Part shown: positions 1 through 9,063 of the stretch, piece after piece
How positions within the stretch are numbered: position 1 is the stretch's first letter
Layout: each line of letters starts with the position of its first letter
Assembly (NCBI GenBank): GCA_030668825.1
Contig: DAOVET010000040.1
Location: forward strand, 1-21,711
Length of the DNA stretch: 21,711 bases
Source: Candidatus Heimdallarchaeota archaeon
GTDB lineage: Archaea > Asgardarchaeota > Heimdallarchaeia > Heimdallarchaeales > Heimdallarchaeaceae
Direction: 5' to 3'
The notes under the pieces: model-generated
What the model was told of the DNA's origin: nothing
Seen by the model: the letters and a program-made list of their open reading frames with translations, nothing else
Databases searched by the model: none
Program-made: the position numbers and the translations under genes

Positions 1-803
1 AGTTTTATAATATTTGAAATTAAGGCAGAAAATTGATTTTCAAAAACAGCTTTCTTGGTTTGATTATATGAAACACCTAATAATTCTCCTAAAAATCTCA
101 TCTGAGAACCATTACGTAGATGTAATGGGGATTTTGGATTCATTGAAAATATGAAGGGAATGCGATTTTGAATTAGTAATTTCATCAACTTCTTGCCGTT
201 TCTTAATGATTGACTAAATTCTTTATCACCACCTGAAGTTAACAGAAAGGCTAAAGATAATTCCACAAATTTATTGTTTTGTTTTATAAGAGAACAAAGT
301 GCGGCATCAATTGAAGAAATGTTTGCACTAAGGTTTACCGCGATAAAATCAATTCTTCTGTCATGAGCTGCCCATTTCAGTATATTTTTCGTTTCTGAAA
401 GAATACCTATTAATTCATATTGAAAGCGTATTTTTGGTAGATTCCTTTTTATTTCATCTATATTTTTACCAGATACGTTCTTTCTTGTCACAATGATGTG
501 TTGATTTGAGTCCATATCTGATAAATGGTTTCGAAGAACAGTTATAGCTTGTTCCAAATTGTAACTTGTATTGCAGTACAAATTGTACATGTGAGCTGGA
601 GAGACTAAAGAAAACTTTGAAATACTGGCATCATCAATCAATTTGTTTCTTTCATCGATTGTTAGGTTATCAACCGCCATAATAGGTATCTTGGTTATGT
701 TAGCAATTTCGATAAAATCTAGTATTGTGGAACCGCCAATCAAGGACACATTGCTTTCAAAAGATAGCTGAACTTTATTGACATAATTCTCTCTGTTTGA
801 CAT
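1..803 (-). CDS. rnp3: Ribonuclease P protein component 3 (Rpp30/p30), partial; runs off the left edge of the window
   Basis: Not in the ORF track. Manual translation from ATG at 803 is open to the window edge: MSNRENYV...IIVTRK...YELIGI...WAAHDRRIDFI...KFVELSLAFLL...LRNGKKLMKLLIQNRIPFIFSMNPKSPLHLRNGSQMRFLGELLG. This matches the Rpp30 pattern (D-h-h strand, 'vEls...ll', 'p.i.s..a.s...lR....l..l...lG'). Confidence 0.85.
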   Translation of the reverse strand, partial: MSNRENYVNKVQLSFESNVSLIGGSTILDFIEIANITKIPIMAVDNLTIDERNKLIDDASISKFSLVSPAHMYNLYCNTSYNLEQAITVLRNHLSDMDSNQHIIVTRKNVSGKNIDEIKRNLPKIRFQYELIGILSETKNILKWAAHDRRIDFIAVNLSANISSIDAALCSLIKQNNKFVELSLAFLLTSGGDKEFSQSLRNGKKLMKLLIQNRIPFIFSMNPKSPLHLRNGSQMRFLGELLGVSYNQTKKAVFENQFSALISNIIK

Positions 804-1088
804 GCTTATTTTCACTTTCAACTAAGCTTTAGTTTCTTACTTTCTTCAAAAATCTTCCTTCTTAGTAGTTAGTACTCACACTCATAAACTTACTAATATA
901 CTTCAATAGATAGAATGTATAAAGGAAAAAATACTCTAACATCTATCTCTCAAAAGAAAGATTTTATTGCAGTAATAAAATCAGAAAGCCAAAAGTTAAT
1001 AAACTGTTTAGGTTATGAAACCTCGTCATAAAGCTTTATTATACACAACCTGCCAAAATGGAGAAAACAGAATAGGAGTCAAATTCAA

Positions 1089-1568
1089 ATGGGTTTATAT
1101 GAAAGAATTTGGAAAGATGAAAAAAACAGAACACTTCTCATTGGTTCAATAATTGCATTAGCAGTTTTAATATTAGCTTTTATTTTCTCAGGTTGGAATC
1201 AAAATAGTGCTCCAAGCTGGTTAAAGGGATTATATTTGGAAGATCCAACAGAAACATACAACGTTGGTTTGACAATCCTAGTTGGCATTTTTGTTTCAAT
1301 TTTCTACTTCTTCCTAATGTTAGCTCTAGCAACTCTTAGGGAAATCAGAGCTGGTTTACCGTCTTGGGGTTCATTCGTTAGTTCTTCCGTAACTGCCATA
1401 TTGATTACTTGGATAGTTACTTCAATTAAACCAGGATTAGCTCAAGAAACCAATTACACTTCAGCAATGCAATGGACAATTTTTGGAATGCTCATTTTGA
1501 CAATCATTCTCTCAATTGTATATATTTTCTTCACAGAATCTCCTGATGAAGAAGAGAAAAAGAAGTAG
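1089..1568 (+). CDS. Hypothetical integral membrane protein (~4 TM helices)
   Basis: Four hydrophobic stretches (LLIGSIIALAVLILAFIF; VGLTILVGIFVSIFYFFLMLAL; FVSSSVTAILITWIV; WTIFGMLILTIILSIVYIFF), a charged C-terminal tail, and an AGGAG ribosome-binding site upstream. No family recognised. Confidence 0.75.
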   Translation: MGLYERIWKDEKNRTLLIGSIIALAVLILAFIFSGWNQNSAPSWLKGLYLEDPTETYNVGLTILVGIFVSIFYFFLMLALATLREIRAGLPSWGSFVSSSVTAILITWIVTSIKPGLAQETNYTSAMQWTIFGMLILTIILSIVYIFFTESPDEEEKKK

Positions 1569-1570
1569 CT

Positions 1571-1587
1571 AAGGGATAAATTCCCTT
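1571..1587. terminator. Short hairpin between convergent genes, candidate terminator
   Basis: AAGGGA-TAAAT-TCCCTT inverted repeat in the 26-nt gap between the membrane-protein stop and the rps6e stop, followed by CATTTTA. Confidence 0.35.
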
Positions 1588-1594
1588 CATTTTA

Positions 1595-2002
1595 TTAACT
1601 GGAACTAACTTCGGAGATTAATTCTTCTAAAGCCTTAGAACCAGCTTTTAAAACTTTCATGTTAATTTGATATGATGCTTCAGAAATAGTATTCCCACGG
1701 ACTGCTTTTCTTACACGCCTACCTTTGCGTGGAACCTTATATCCGACACCGCCCTTTAATAGGTATTTTCTTCTACTAGCACCATCAATGCTTGCTCTGT
1801 GGGGGAATCCATCTCTATCGCTCCCACCAGTGATTGTAAATTCCCAAGAAGGCAAACCAATTAAATTCCCTTCAACTTTAGCTCCAAGTTTTAAGCCAAT
1901 CAGGGAATTTGCCTGAGCATCTCTAACGATTTTGGTGTGGCATTTACCTTTTTGATCTCCTATATTTAATTTAAACTCAAGTTGTCCTGCTTTTTGTGAC
2001 AT
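1595..2002 (-). CDS. rps6e: 30S ribosomal protein S6e (eS6)
   Basis: FKLNIGD, ITGGSDRDGFP and RVRKAVRGNTI motifs. Start moved to ATG 2002, which follows a GGAGTG RBS. Confidence 0.96.
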   Translation of the reverse strand: MSQKAGQLEFKLNIGDQKGKCHTKIVRDAQANSLIGLKLGAKVEGNLIGLPSWEFTITGGSDRDGFPHRASIDGASRRKYLLKGGVGYKVPRKGRRVRKAVRGNTISEASYQINMKVLKAGSKALEELISEVSSS

Positions 2003-2182
2003 TTTTTTCACTCCATGATTAAGGAATTGTTGTATCTTATTACTAAATTATTAGCCAAACGTGATGTTTTTAACAGTTTTCATCATTAACTTATTTATTT
2101 ATGTACTTTAAAAGGAATTTTCATTCGAATTTTCTCACATTTTTGCTACTTTGAGTTACCAAAAAATGAGTAGGAAAGTTCA

Positions 2183-2196
2183 GCCAAATTTAAATA
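2183..2196 (+). promoter_or_regulatory. Candidate BRE/TATA promoter of tfb
   Basis: GCCAAA-TTTAAATA, ending 43 nt before the tfb ATG; fits the archaeal TATA consensus TTTA(A/T)ATA. Confidence 0.45.
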
Positions 2197-2238
2197 CTCA
2201 ATAGTTAAGTTATATCCAGACTGCCCTAGGGTGTTATT

Positions 2239-3186
2239 ATGGCTCCGAAACCTATTAACATTACAACTAGTACTGAAGCTTCTCTTCCAAGGTGTCCTGA
2301 CTGCAACTCATTGAAGCTTACATTTGATGCCACTAGAGGCGAGGTGAGCTGTGGTAGCTGTGGGTTAGTAGTTGAAGATTCTTATATTGATCAAACTGCT
2401 GAATGGAGAGCTTATTCCAAAGAACAACATGTCAAAAGAGCTAGAACAGGAACTCCAAAAAATCTTCTTACTTATGATCATTATGGAACACTGATAGATT
2501 ATTCAAACAAAGATATTTTTGGAAATTCTATATCTCCAGAAAAAGCTAGCCAGATGTTTAGATTACGTACTTTACAACGTAGGGCAGTTTTGCAATATGG
2601 AACTGAAAGAAATCTGCTTAGAGCCTTGAACGAAATTAAACGAATAAGTAGTCAACTAAATCTAACAGTTAAGGTTCGAGAAACAGCAGCAATGATTTAT
2701 AGAAAGATTCTGAAAACTGGTTTAGTTAGAGGGAGATCTACTGAAGCTCTTGTATCAGCAGCACTATATCTTTCTTGCAGACTACATAAACAACCTGAGA
2801 CATTGGAAGATGTTGCAGATAAAACCAGATTAAGTAAGAAAAAGCTGGCAAAGAACTTCCGACTTCTTCTAAAGCATTTAGACTTGAAAATGCCTCTAGC
2901 AAGTCCTGAAAGTAGTATCGCTAAGTCCGCATCAGTTCTTAATTTCTCAACTAAAATACTTAATGATGCCCAAATAATTCTTACTAAAGCGAAAGCTGCT
3001 AAAATTACAGCTGGAAAAAATCCTAATTCTCTTGCTGCAGCTGCATTATATATTGCCGCATTGCAAAATAAAACAAAGTGCCCTCAGAATGAAATTGCTA
3101 AAACATGTCAAATTACTGAGGTGACATTGAGAAATAGATACAAAGAATTTATTCGAGTGCTTAATCTGAAGGTTAGTTTAAACTAA
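2239..3186 (+). CDS. tfb: Transcription initiation factor IIB (TFB)
   Basis: Zn ribbon CPDC...CGSC, B-reader EWRAY...RARTG, two cyclin repeats (RGRS, GKNP) and C-terminal HTH TEVTLRNRYKE. Confidence 0.96.
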   Translation: MAPKPINITTSTEASLPRCPDCNSLKLTFDATRGEVSCGSCGLVVEDSYIDQTAEWRAYSKEQHVKRARTGTPKNLLTYDHYGTLIDYSNKDIFGNSISPEKASQMFRLRTLQRRAVLQYGTERNLLRALNEIKRISSQLNLTVKVRETAAMIYRKILKTGLVRGRSTEALVSAALYLSCRLHKQPETLEDVADKTRLSKKKLAKNFRLLLKHLDLKMPLASPESSIAKSASVLNFSTKILNDAQIILTKAKAAKITAGKNPNSLAAAALYIAALQNKTKCPQNEIAKTCQITEVTLRNRYKEFIRVLNLKVSLN

Positions 3187-3596
3187 CCTGTTTTAATCAC
3201 TTTTTCAATTGTGATTCCAGTTACTTCAGCAATTGAACTTAAACTAGTTTCAATTTCATCTACTTCTACTGTCAAATCCTTTTCTTGCAAAAAACCTTCC
3301 CAGAAACACCTGTTTTCAACTAGACATAACCCGGTACTATAAACTACCTTTGTAGATATTTTTGAGATGTTATTCATAATTTTTGCGACGATTTCAGGAG
3401 TCAGCGGAAAAATTTGAATACTCAGTTTAAAGACATCAGAAGCCACTGGAAAGAAGTAAATTGCACGGGCATTCATAGAATAAATACTTAGTATGTTATT
3501 TGTCTCTGAGACTTCCGAGAGAGTACTTAAAATTTCTTTTTCAATTGCTACATCCTCTACAGAATTGTAAATTGTTGAATGGGTTAATTCTTCCAT
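3183..3596 (-). CDS. Hypothetical protein with a probable C-terminal ACT-like (ferredoxin-fold) domain
   Basis: Strand-helix-strand-strand-helix-strand pattern: FKLSIQI / PEIVAKIMNNIS / VVYSTGLC / CFWEGFL / VDEIETSLSSI / VTGITIEKV. GGTGA RBS upstream. The stop overlaps the tfb stop (CTAA). Confidence 0.6.
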   Translation of the reverse strand: MEELTHSTIYNSVEDVAIEKEILSTLSEVSETNNILSIYSMNARAIYFFPVASDVFKLSIQIFPLTPEIVAKIMNNISKISTKVVYSTGLCLVENRCFWEGFLQEKDLTVEVDEIETSLSSIAEVTGITIEKVIKTG

Positions 3597-3720
3597 ATAG
3601 TTTCACCAGGCTATAGTTTTTGGATATCGTTCTATCCTTCTACCATATATAAATCAATAGTTTTTGCATTTAAACTCTTTCATAGAAAAAGCCTAATAAA
3701 AACCTAGAAAAGCTATAGTA

Positions 3721-4293
3721 ATGGAAATTCATTTTGTAACTCACAATTCTTCAAAATACGAAGAAGCTTCGAGTATTGCTAAAGAGTACAACTTGTTAGT
3801 CAAATGGTATGATCACGAATATGAAGAACCTCAAGAAGATTCGCTTGAAATTATAGCACGAAAAAGCTGTTCTAGAGTAATTCAAGAGAAACCTGAACTA
3901 GAAGCACTTAATTTCTTTCTTGAAGATGCAGGGTTGTTCATAGAAGCTCTGAATGGTTTTCCTGGCCCATATTCCGCATATGTGTTTAAAACAATAAGTA
4001 ATGATGGAATACTAAAGCTAATGGAGGGTAAAGAAAATAGGAGAGCATATTTTAAATCAGTGATAGCGTTTCACAATGGAAAGTCTATAGAGACCTTTAC
4101 AGGAATAACAAGGGGTTCAATAATTCTCTCTACTATCGGTGACAAAGGATTTGGATTTGATCCAATTTTTAAACCAGAAGACAATGAACAAACTTTTGCT
4201 GAAATGACACTAGCAACCAAGAATTTATATTCTCACCGCCAAAAGTCACTTCGAATATTATTCACCTCCTTAACAGCCTTCGCAAAGCAATAA
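3721..4293 (+). CDS. rdgB: Non-canonical purine NTP pyrophosphatase (RdgB/Ham1, XTP/dITP diphosphatase)
   Basis: [39 protein letters not shown] and SHR motifs. Confidence 0.95.
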   Translation: MEIHFVTHNSSKYEEASSIAKEYNLLVKWYDHEYEEPQEDSLEIIARKSCSRVIQEKPELEALNFFLEDAGLFIEALNGFPGPYSAYVFKTISNDGILKLMEGKENRRAYFKSVIAFHNGKSIETFTGITRGSIILSTIGDKGFGFDPIFKPEDNEQTFAEMTLATKNLYSHRQKSLRILFTSLTAFAKQ

Positions 4294-4306
4294 ACTGGTG
4301 AAATTA

Positions 4307-4759
4307 ATGGCAAGAATGCACGCAAGAAAAAGAGGACAAGCGAGTTCAACTCGACCTTATAGGAATCAACCCCCAGAATGGATGCCTTACGATAAGGATT
4401 TCGTAGTTAAGAAAATTGAAGAACTTCGAAGACAAGGCCAATCTTCGGCAATGATTGGAGTAATCCTACGAGACCAATATGGAATTCCCAATGTAAAGGA
4501 AGTTTTTGGCACAAAAATGAGCAAAATTGTAGAAGATTTGAATTTAAAGCCAAAATATCCTGAAGATTTAGTTAATCTTGTTAGACAAGCTTCTCATCTA
4601 AGAAAACATTTAGAAGAAAATAAGAAGGATCTTCACAGTAGAAGGGGATTACAATTAATCGAATCAAAGATTCGAAGGTTGGTTAAATTCTATAAGAAGA
4701 AGGGTATTTTTCCAACAAAATGGAAATATGATCCAAAAACTGCTGGTCTTTTACTCTAA
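4307..4759 (+). CDS. rps15: 30S ribosomal protein S15 (uS15, archaeal S15/S13e)
   Basis: [11 protein letters not shown]-terminus, [43 protein letters not shown] at 4307 follows a GGTGA RBS. Confidence 0.97.
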   Translation: MARMHARKRGQASSTRPYRNQPPEWMPYDKDFVVKKIEELRRQGQSSAMIGVILRDQYGIPNVKEVFGTKMSKIVEDLNLKPKYPEDLVNLVRQASHLRKHLEENKKDLHSRRGLQLIESKIRRLVKFYKKKGIFPTKWKYDPKTAGLLL

Positions 4760-4816
4760 GTTACGATATTCTTTTATCTTTTATCTTTATTTTATTTTGT
4801 AGGATATTGGTAACTA

Positions 4817-6307
4817 GTGTCATCTATAGAAGTTCCCTATGAGAAAATTCAAGACCTTAAGGACGAGGCAGGCAAAATTTCTGAGTTGCTTAAAGGTTTA
4901 GAAGAAAATCTTGTAATAATCTGCAAGGTTAACCCTGATAATTTATGTGCATCTGGTATTCTGGTCTCCTGTTTAAGAGAAATAGATTTGGGGTGTCATA
5001 TAATCTTTATTGATAACAACTCAGATTTGGATGAGCGAATTAAGAAAATCAACTATTTAACATACATATTTATTGGTTTTCAGATAAAAGAGTTACCTAG
5101 TAAACTTCTCAAAGATGAAGCAAAAAATATTATCATAATAGGTAACAAGATCACAATTGATAAGAGATTAAAGCTGTCCTGGGATACTATCTTAACACTT
5201 TCATTGGAGGAATTAGAAATTCCAGTTATGGCCTTATCAAATGCAGGACTAGCATACTTCATTGCAAAAGAGTTTACAGAAGATTATTCAAAATTCTCAG
5301 GATTAGCTGTAGTAGGTGGTTTAGCAAACAAGCAAGTTGACTCAAAGAGCCAGGAGTTGATTGGTATAAACAGATTTATTCTAGATGAGGGGAACGAAGA
5401 GGGGATACTTGAAGAATCAAAGGGAACAAGAATATCAGGTAGAGAGAGTCTTCCCATTCATTTAGCTTTGAAATATTCAATCAACCCATATTTTCCAGGG
5501 TTAACTGGAAATGAAGAAGCTTGTACATCATTCGTGTCTAAACTGAAGATTCCAATGAAAAAAGATGGTAATTGGAGAACATTTTCATCGCTTACAACAA
5601 ATGAAACTAAGAAATTGTATGATAGATTGATTGCTCTTCTGGTAGAAGGAAACTCCCAATTCAGGACAGAATTGTTATTCGGCACCAACTATATAATTCT
5701 TACAGAAACAAGTAAAAGCCAAACAAGAGATGCAGAAGAGTATTTATGGCTGTTAGAAGGAGCATGTCAAATAAAAAAATATGGCTTAGCTCTTGCAGTT
5801 ATTTTAGGAGACAGAACCAATTTATATGATGAGCTTAAACGAAAAATGGAAAATTATCACGGAAAAGCAGCACAAATAATTGAAAAAATTACTCAAGACT
5901 CAAAAATTGTTGAAAATAAAGAATATTATAGGATCATAAGAAATCAAGATGTTCTTGATTTAGAATCAGCCCCTCTTGTGATGAAAGCTCTTGTTGAGAG
6001 TAATATCATATCGATAGAAATACCGCTTCTTCTTCACATAAAAGAGGCAAATATGAACTATTTGTATATGCATGATTCACCAACACAGATTCAAAAAGGA
6101 TTCCGAATATATCACTTCTTTGAGGATTTAGTTAAAGAAAAGACTATTGTTGAATCATGCTTCAAAGGAGAAAACGAGTTTTTCAGATTAGCACTCTCTG
6201 ATGAAGAGTATCTTGTTGTTCTTGAAGAGTTTGAAAAAGCACTAAAGAAACATCATGAAGGCACAAAAGCAGAAGCTAATTCAAAAGAGAAGGATGACGA
6301 TAAATGA
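4817..6307 (+). CDS. DHH-superfamily RecJ/Cdc45-like protein with degenerate catalytic motifs
   Basis: Lies between rps15 and pcc1/rps3ae, the conserved archaeal locus for this family. Family-like segments: SNAGLAY, LAVVGGLANKQ, LIGINRFIL, GRESLPIHLALKYSINPYFPGLTG, RDAEEY. Motif I reads KVNPDN and the DHH position reads GNK. Confidence 0.82.
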   Translation: MSSIEVPYEKIQDLKDEAGKISELLKGLEENLVIICKVNPDNLCASGILVSCLREIDLGCHIIFIDNNSDLDERIKKINYLTYIFIGFQIKELPSKLLKDEAKNIIIIGNKITIDKRLKLSWDTILTLSLEELEIPVMALSNAGLAYFIAKEFTEDYSKFSGLAVVGGLANKQVDSKSQELIGINRFILDEGNEEGILEESKGTRISGRESLPIHLALKYSINPYFPGLTGNEEACTSFVSKLKIPMKKDGNWRTFSSLTTNETKKLYDRLIALLVEGNSQFRTELLFGTNYIILTETSKSQTRDAEEYLWLLEGACQIKKYGLALAVILGDRTNLYDELKRKMENYHGKAAQIIEKITQDSKIVENKEYYRIIRNQDVLDLESAPLVMKALVESNIISIEIPLLLHIKEANMNYLYMHDSPTQIQKGFRIYHFFEDLVKEKTIVESCFKGENEFFRLALSDEEYLVVLEEFEKALKKHHEGTKAEANSKEKDDDK

Positions 6308-6561
6308 TTTCACATGAATCTAGCTTTACGATGGTTATTGAATGTAAAAATAATGATATGGCAAATATTATTGCTAAAAGTTTGGAACCTGAAAATAAGC
6401 AAGTGGATGACAAGACAACGATAACTATGGAAATTGATGAGAACAAATTGATTCTAAAGCTTAAATCCTCATCCCCGATTTCAACTTTAAGAAATACAGT
6501 AGATGACATAATTAGCACAATTAGTACTATTGAATCAGTTTACAAGAGCGTGAAAAGCTGA
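6304..6561 (+). CDS. pcc1: KEOPS complex subunit Pcc1
   Basis: 85 aa; AxIIAKSLEPEN...LILKL...STLRNTVDD pattern; conserved rps15-DHH-pcc1-rps3ae synteny. Confidence 0.85.
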   Translation: MISHESSFTMVIECKNNDMANIIAKSLEPENKQVDDKTTITMEIDENKLILKLKSSSPISTLRNTVDDIISTISTIESVYKSVKS

Positions 6562-6673
6562 TATTAAGCTAATTCTATAGACCCATTTTCTCTAGTTTTA
6601 AAGTTTATAATCAAACATAATATTTAAAACTCAATTAAAGAAGAAGAAAAACAACAGATTAGAGGTTAAACCA

Positions 6674-7333
6674 TTGTCATCATCTCGAAGACCAATACGA
6701 AAAATTAAAGGAAAAACAAAAGTAGTAGACAAATGGAAAGAAAAATCTTGGTACGAAGTAACTGCCGCAAGTTATATTGTTGATAAATCCTTAGGAGAAA
6801 CTCCTGCAAGTGAACCTGAAAAGCTAATTAATAGAGTGATTGAGATGGCTAGACTTGGAGTTGCTGAGGACATCTATTATGATATAAATCTAAAAATCAG
6901 ATTTCGAATTACAAGTGTTGAAGGTAATATTTGCACAACAGAATTTGATGGCCATGAAATTGCTAAAGAACAAATCAGATCTCAAATAAGAAGAAATCGG
7001 TCTAAGGTTGAAGCAATACAGAATGTTGTTACAAAAGATAAAGCAAGATTAAGAGTTTCATCTATTGTTATCACACCCATTAGATGTGGAGCAAGCACTC
7101 AAAAAGTTATTAGAAAAGCAATTGAAGATTTAGTAAGAACAACAGCTAGAGCCCAAATATTTGTGGAATTTACTCAAAACATGATAAATGGAACAATTGC
7201 TGGAGAGATGAAAAAAATCGTTGGGAAAATATACCCAATAGTTATGGTGGATATCAGAAAAAGCAAGGTATTATTGCTACCAGGTACCACTGTATCAACT
7301 CACCAAACCGCTGAAACTACTGTAACAGCTTAG
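6674..7333 (+). CDS. rps3ae: 30S ribosomal protein S3ae (eS1)
   Basis: DKWKEKSWYEV, NRVIE, TEFDGHE, IRSQIRR, KIYP...IRKSKVL. TTG start after a GAGGT RBS. Confidence 0.95.
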   Translation: MSSSRRPIRKIKGKTKVVDKWKEKSWYEVTAASYIVDKSLGETPASEPEKLINRVIEMARLGVAEDIYYDINLKIRFRITSVEGNICTTEFDGHEIAKEQIRSQIRRNRSKVEAIQNVVTKDKARLRVSSIVITPIRCGASTQKVIRKAIEDLVRTTARAQIFVEFTQNMINGTIAGEMKKIVGKIYPIVMVDIRKSKVLLLPGTTVSTHQTAETTVTA

Positions 7334-7373
7334 AAGATTTATTCTTCCACTTCTTTTTATTTTCAATTTAACT

Positions 7374-8573
7374 CTATTTTATAGCTGATACAATCTTTAT
7401 TATGTCATTATTTTGTAACTCGTAATCAGCTCCTACTCGTCTACCAGATGGTGCTAATGTGCCATGAATAAAATTCTTTGCAAAGTCTGTATGTACTTTT
7501 CCCGCAAACTCTTTAGCAGTTGTACCTTGGGGGACAAGATAAGCATCAGGAAGTACGTTTCCTGATTTATCGGTAAATTTGGTAGTATCTTCAACAGGAA
7601 AGACCACAATCATGTTAAACAAGTTGAAAACAACGTGAGACAGTATCTCTTGTATTCCAGAAGAACCATATTTTTGAAGCAGATCAGTATTAATTCTTTC
7701 AAGAAGCTGTACCTTTTTCTCTCCCAGTTTTTCTTGATTCAAGATTTTAAATCCAGGATCACCAGGAGAGTAAGAAATAGTTGCATTTTCCTGTTCAGTT
7801 CGTAGAAAAACCTCTGCAAGTGCTGAAGCTGGAAAAATGTCCTCATCTAGTTCTTCCTTCATCTTAAGGAAATTTTTGTTGGATGTAGGTTGATCAATTT
7901 TGTTTGCAACAATTATAATTGGTTTGGATTTTCTTCTTATCGTCGTAATTAGGTCATCTAGTTTGTTGTCCCAAGTATTAACATCATCGTCAATTAAACC
8001 AATTTCTCTAATAGATGCTTCAATCGTATGTTTTTTTATAGCCAGCCCCGTTAGCTTTTCGTGCAATAGAAATGAAAAGCTTATTTTTTCAGCGGAAGCC
8101 TTCTTTTTCATTGTCACATAATCTCTATTAACAATAGCTTTTATCCAAGCATCAATTTCCTCCTCCAAGAATTTTACATCATCTAATGGGTTCCAAGATC
8201 CTTTGTCCACTTGATTTCCTTCAGCATCCAAAGAACCACTTGTATCAACTACATGAAGAAGAACATCAGCTTGTCTTAATTCATCTAAGAACTTGTTACC
8301 TAAACCCCTTCCTTCAGAAGCTCCAGGAACTAGTCCTGCTACATCTAAAAACTGAACGGGGAGATATCTAATTCCATCCTTACATAGAGAGTTTTTTGGA
8401 TTATCTTCAACTCCTAAATCTTTACAGACACAAGGACTTCTTACATAAGCTGTTCCTCTGTTTGGATCTACGGTTGTAAATGGATAATCCCCTACTTTAG
8501 CATTAACCATTGTAAGGGCATTAAGAAATGTACTTTTTCCACAACTAGGTTTACCAACTATTCCAACTAACAT
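7374..8573 (-). CDS. ychF: Archaeal Obg-family translation-associated GTPase (YchF/Ygr210-like) with C-terminal TGS domain
   Basis: G1 GKPSCGKST, G2 YPFTT, G3 DVAGL, GRGLGNKFL, G4 NKID, Cys-containing insert CVC...C, TGS region (LPDAYL...VHTDF). True start taken as ATG 8573 (MLVGIVG). Confidence 0.92.
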   Translation of the reverse strand: MLVGIVGKPSCGKSTFLNALTMVNAKVGDYPFTTVDPNRGTAYVRSPCVCKDLGVEDNPKNSLCKDGIRYLPVQFLDVAGLVPGASEGRGLGNKFLDELRQADVLLHVVDTSGSLDAEGNQVDKGSWNPLDDVKFLEEEIDAWIKAIVNRDYVTMKKKASAEKISFSFLLHEKLTGLAIKKHTIEASIREIGLIDDDVNTWDNKLDDLITTIRRKSKPIIIVANKIDQPTSNKNFLKMKEELDEDIFPASALAEVFLRTEQENATISYSPGDPGFKILNQEKLGEKKVQLLERINTDLLQKYGSSGIQEILSHVVFNLFNMIVVFPVEDTTKFTDKSGNVLPDAYLVPQGTTAKEFAGKVHTDFAKNFIHGTLAPSGRRVGADYELQNNDIIKIVSAIK

Positions 8574-8690
8574 TAGTACTTCAGTTACTTCTAAAAATAA
8601 AGACTTTTTGTATAAGAAGCATTTTTTGAATAAACCGGCAATATAATACATAATCTCAATCTTTTTTAGGGTACCAAAGTTCAGTGAATC

Positions 8691-9044
8691 ATGTCTGAAA
8701 GAAAAGAATCCAGAGATGATGGGGACGATAAAGAGGATTTCCAAAGTCACTTTCCAGTTCTATATAGAGAGATAATGGAAGGAGAGGACAAAATTCAAGA
8801 AGATGAAATAAGAACACCTGCTGGATCCAAGAAAGCAAGAAAATTCAAAGGCCACACACCTGGTGTAATAGATTTTATATGTCGTTGTTCCACTGAAGAA
8901 GAAGCTTTAGAAATTATAGAATACATGTTTAAGAAAGGCGATGTTTCAGAAGGTCATACAAATGAGTTAAAAAAGCAATTAAAAGAAAAAGGTTTAGAGT
9001 TTTTTGGTGAACATCGAAAGCCAGGTTATTATGAAAAAGCTTGA
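8691..9044 (+). CDS. DUF2095-family archaeal protein
   Basis: FPVLYREI...PGVIDFICRCSTEEEALEIIEY...KGLEFFGEHRKPGYY matches the family pattern as recalled. Confidence 0.8.
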   Translation: MSERKESRDDGDDKEDFQSHFPVLYREIMEGEDKIQEDEIRTPAGSKKARKFKGHTPGVIDFICRCSTEEEALEIIEYMFKKGDVSEGHTNELKKQLKEKGLEFFGEHRKPGYYEKA

Positions 9045-9063
9045 AAAAAAAGAGAGGAAGATA

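Noticed and set aside
1595-1615. eS6 ends in SEVSSS, reminiscent of eukaryotic S6 phospho-serines
   Set aside because: There is no basic RxRxxS kinase context and no eukaryotic C-terminal helix; probably just a variable tail.
4767-4799. CTTTTAT-like tandem run after rps15
   Set aside because: A low-complexity T-rich spacer, at most an ordinary partial terminator.
8574-8750. 59-aa N-terminal extension of the YchF-like ORF
   Set aside because: It overlaps the divergent DUF2095 gene and promoter region; the family begins at MLVGIVGKP (ATG 8573).
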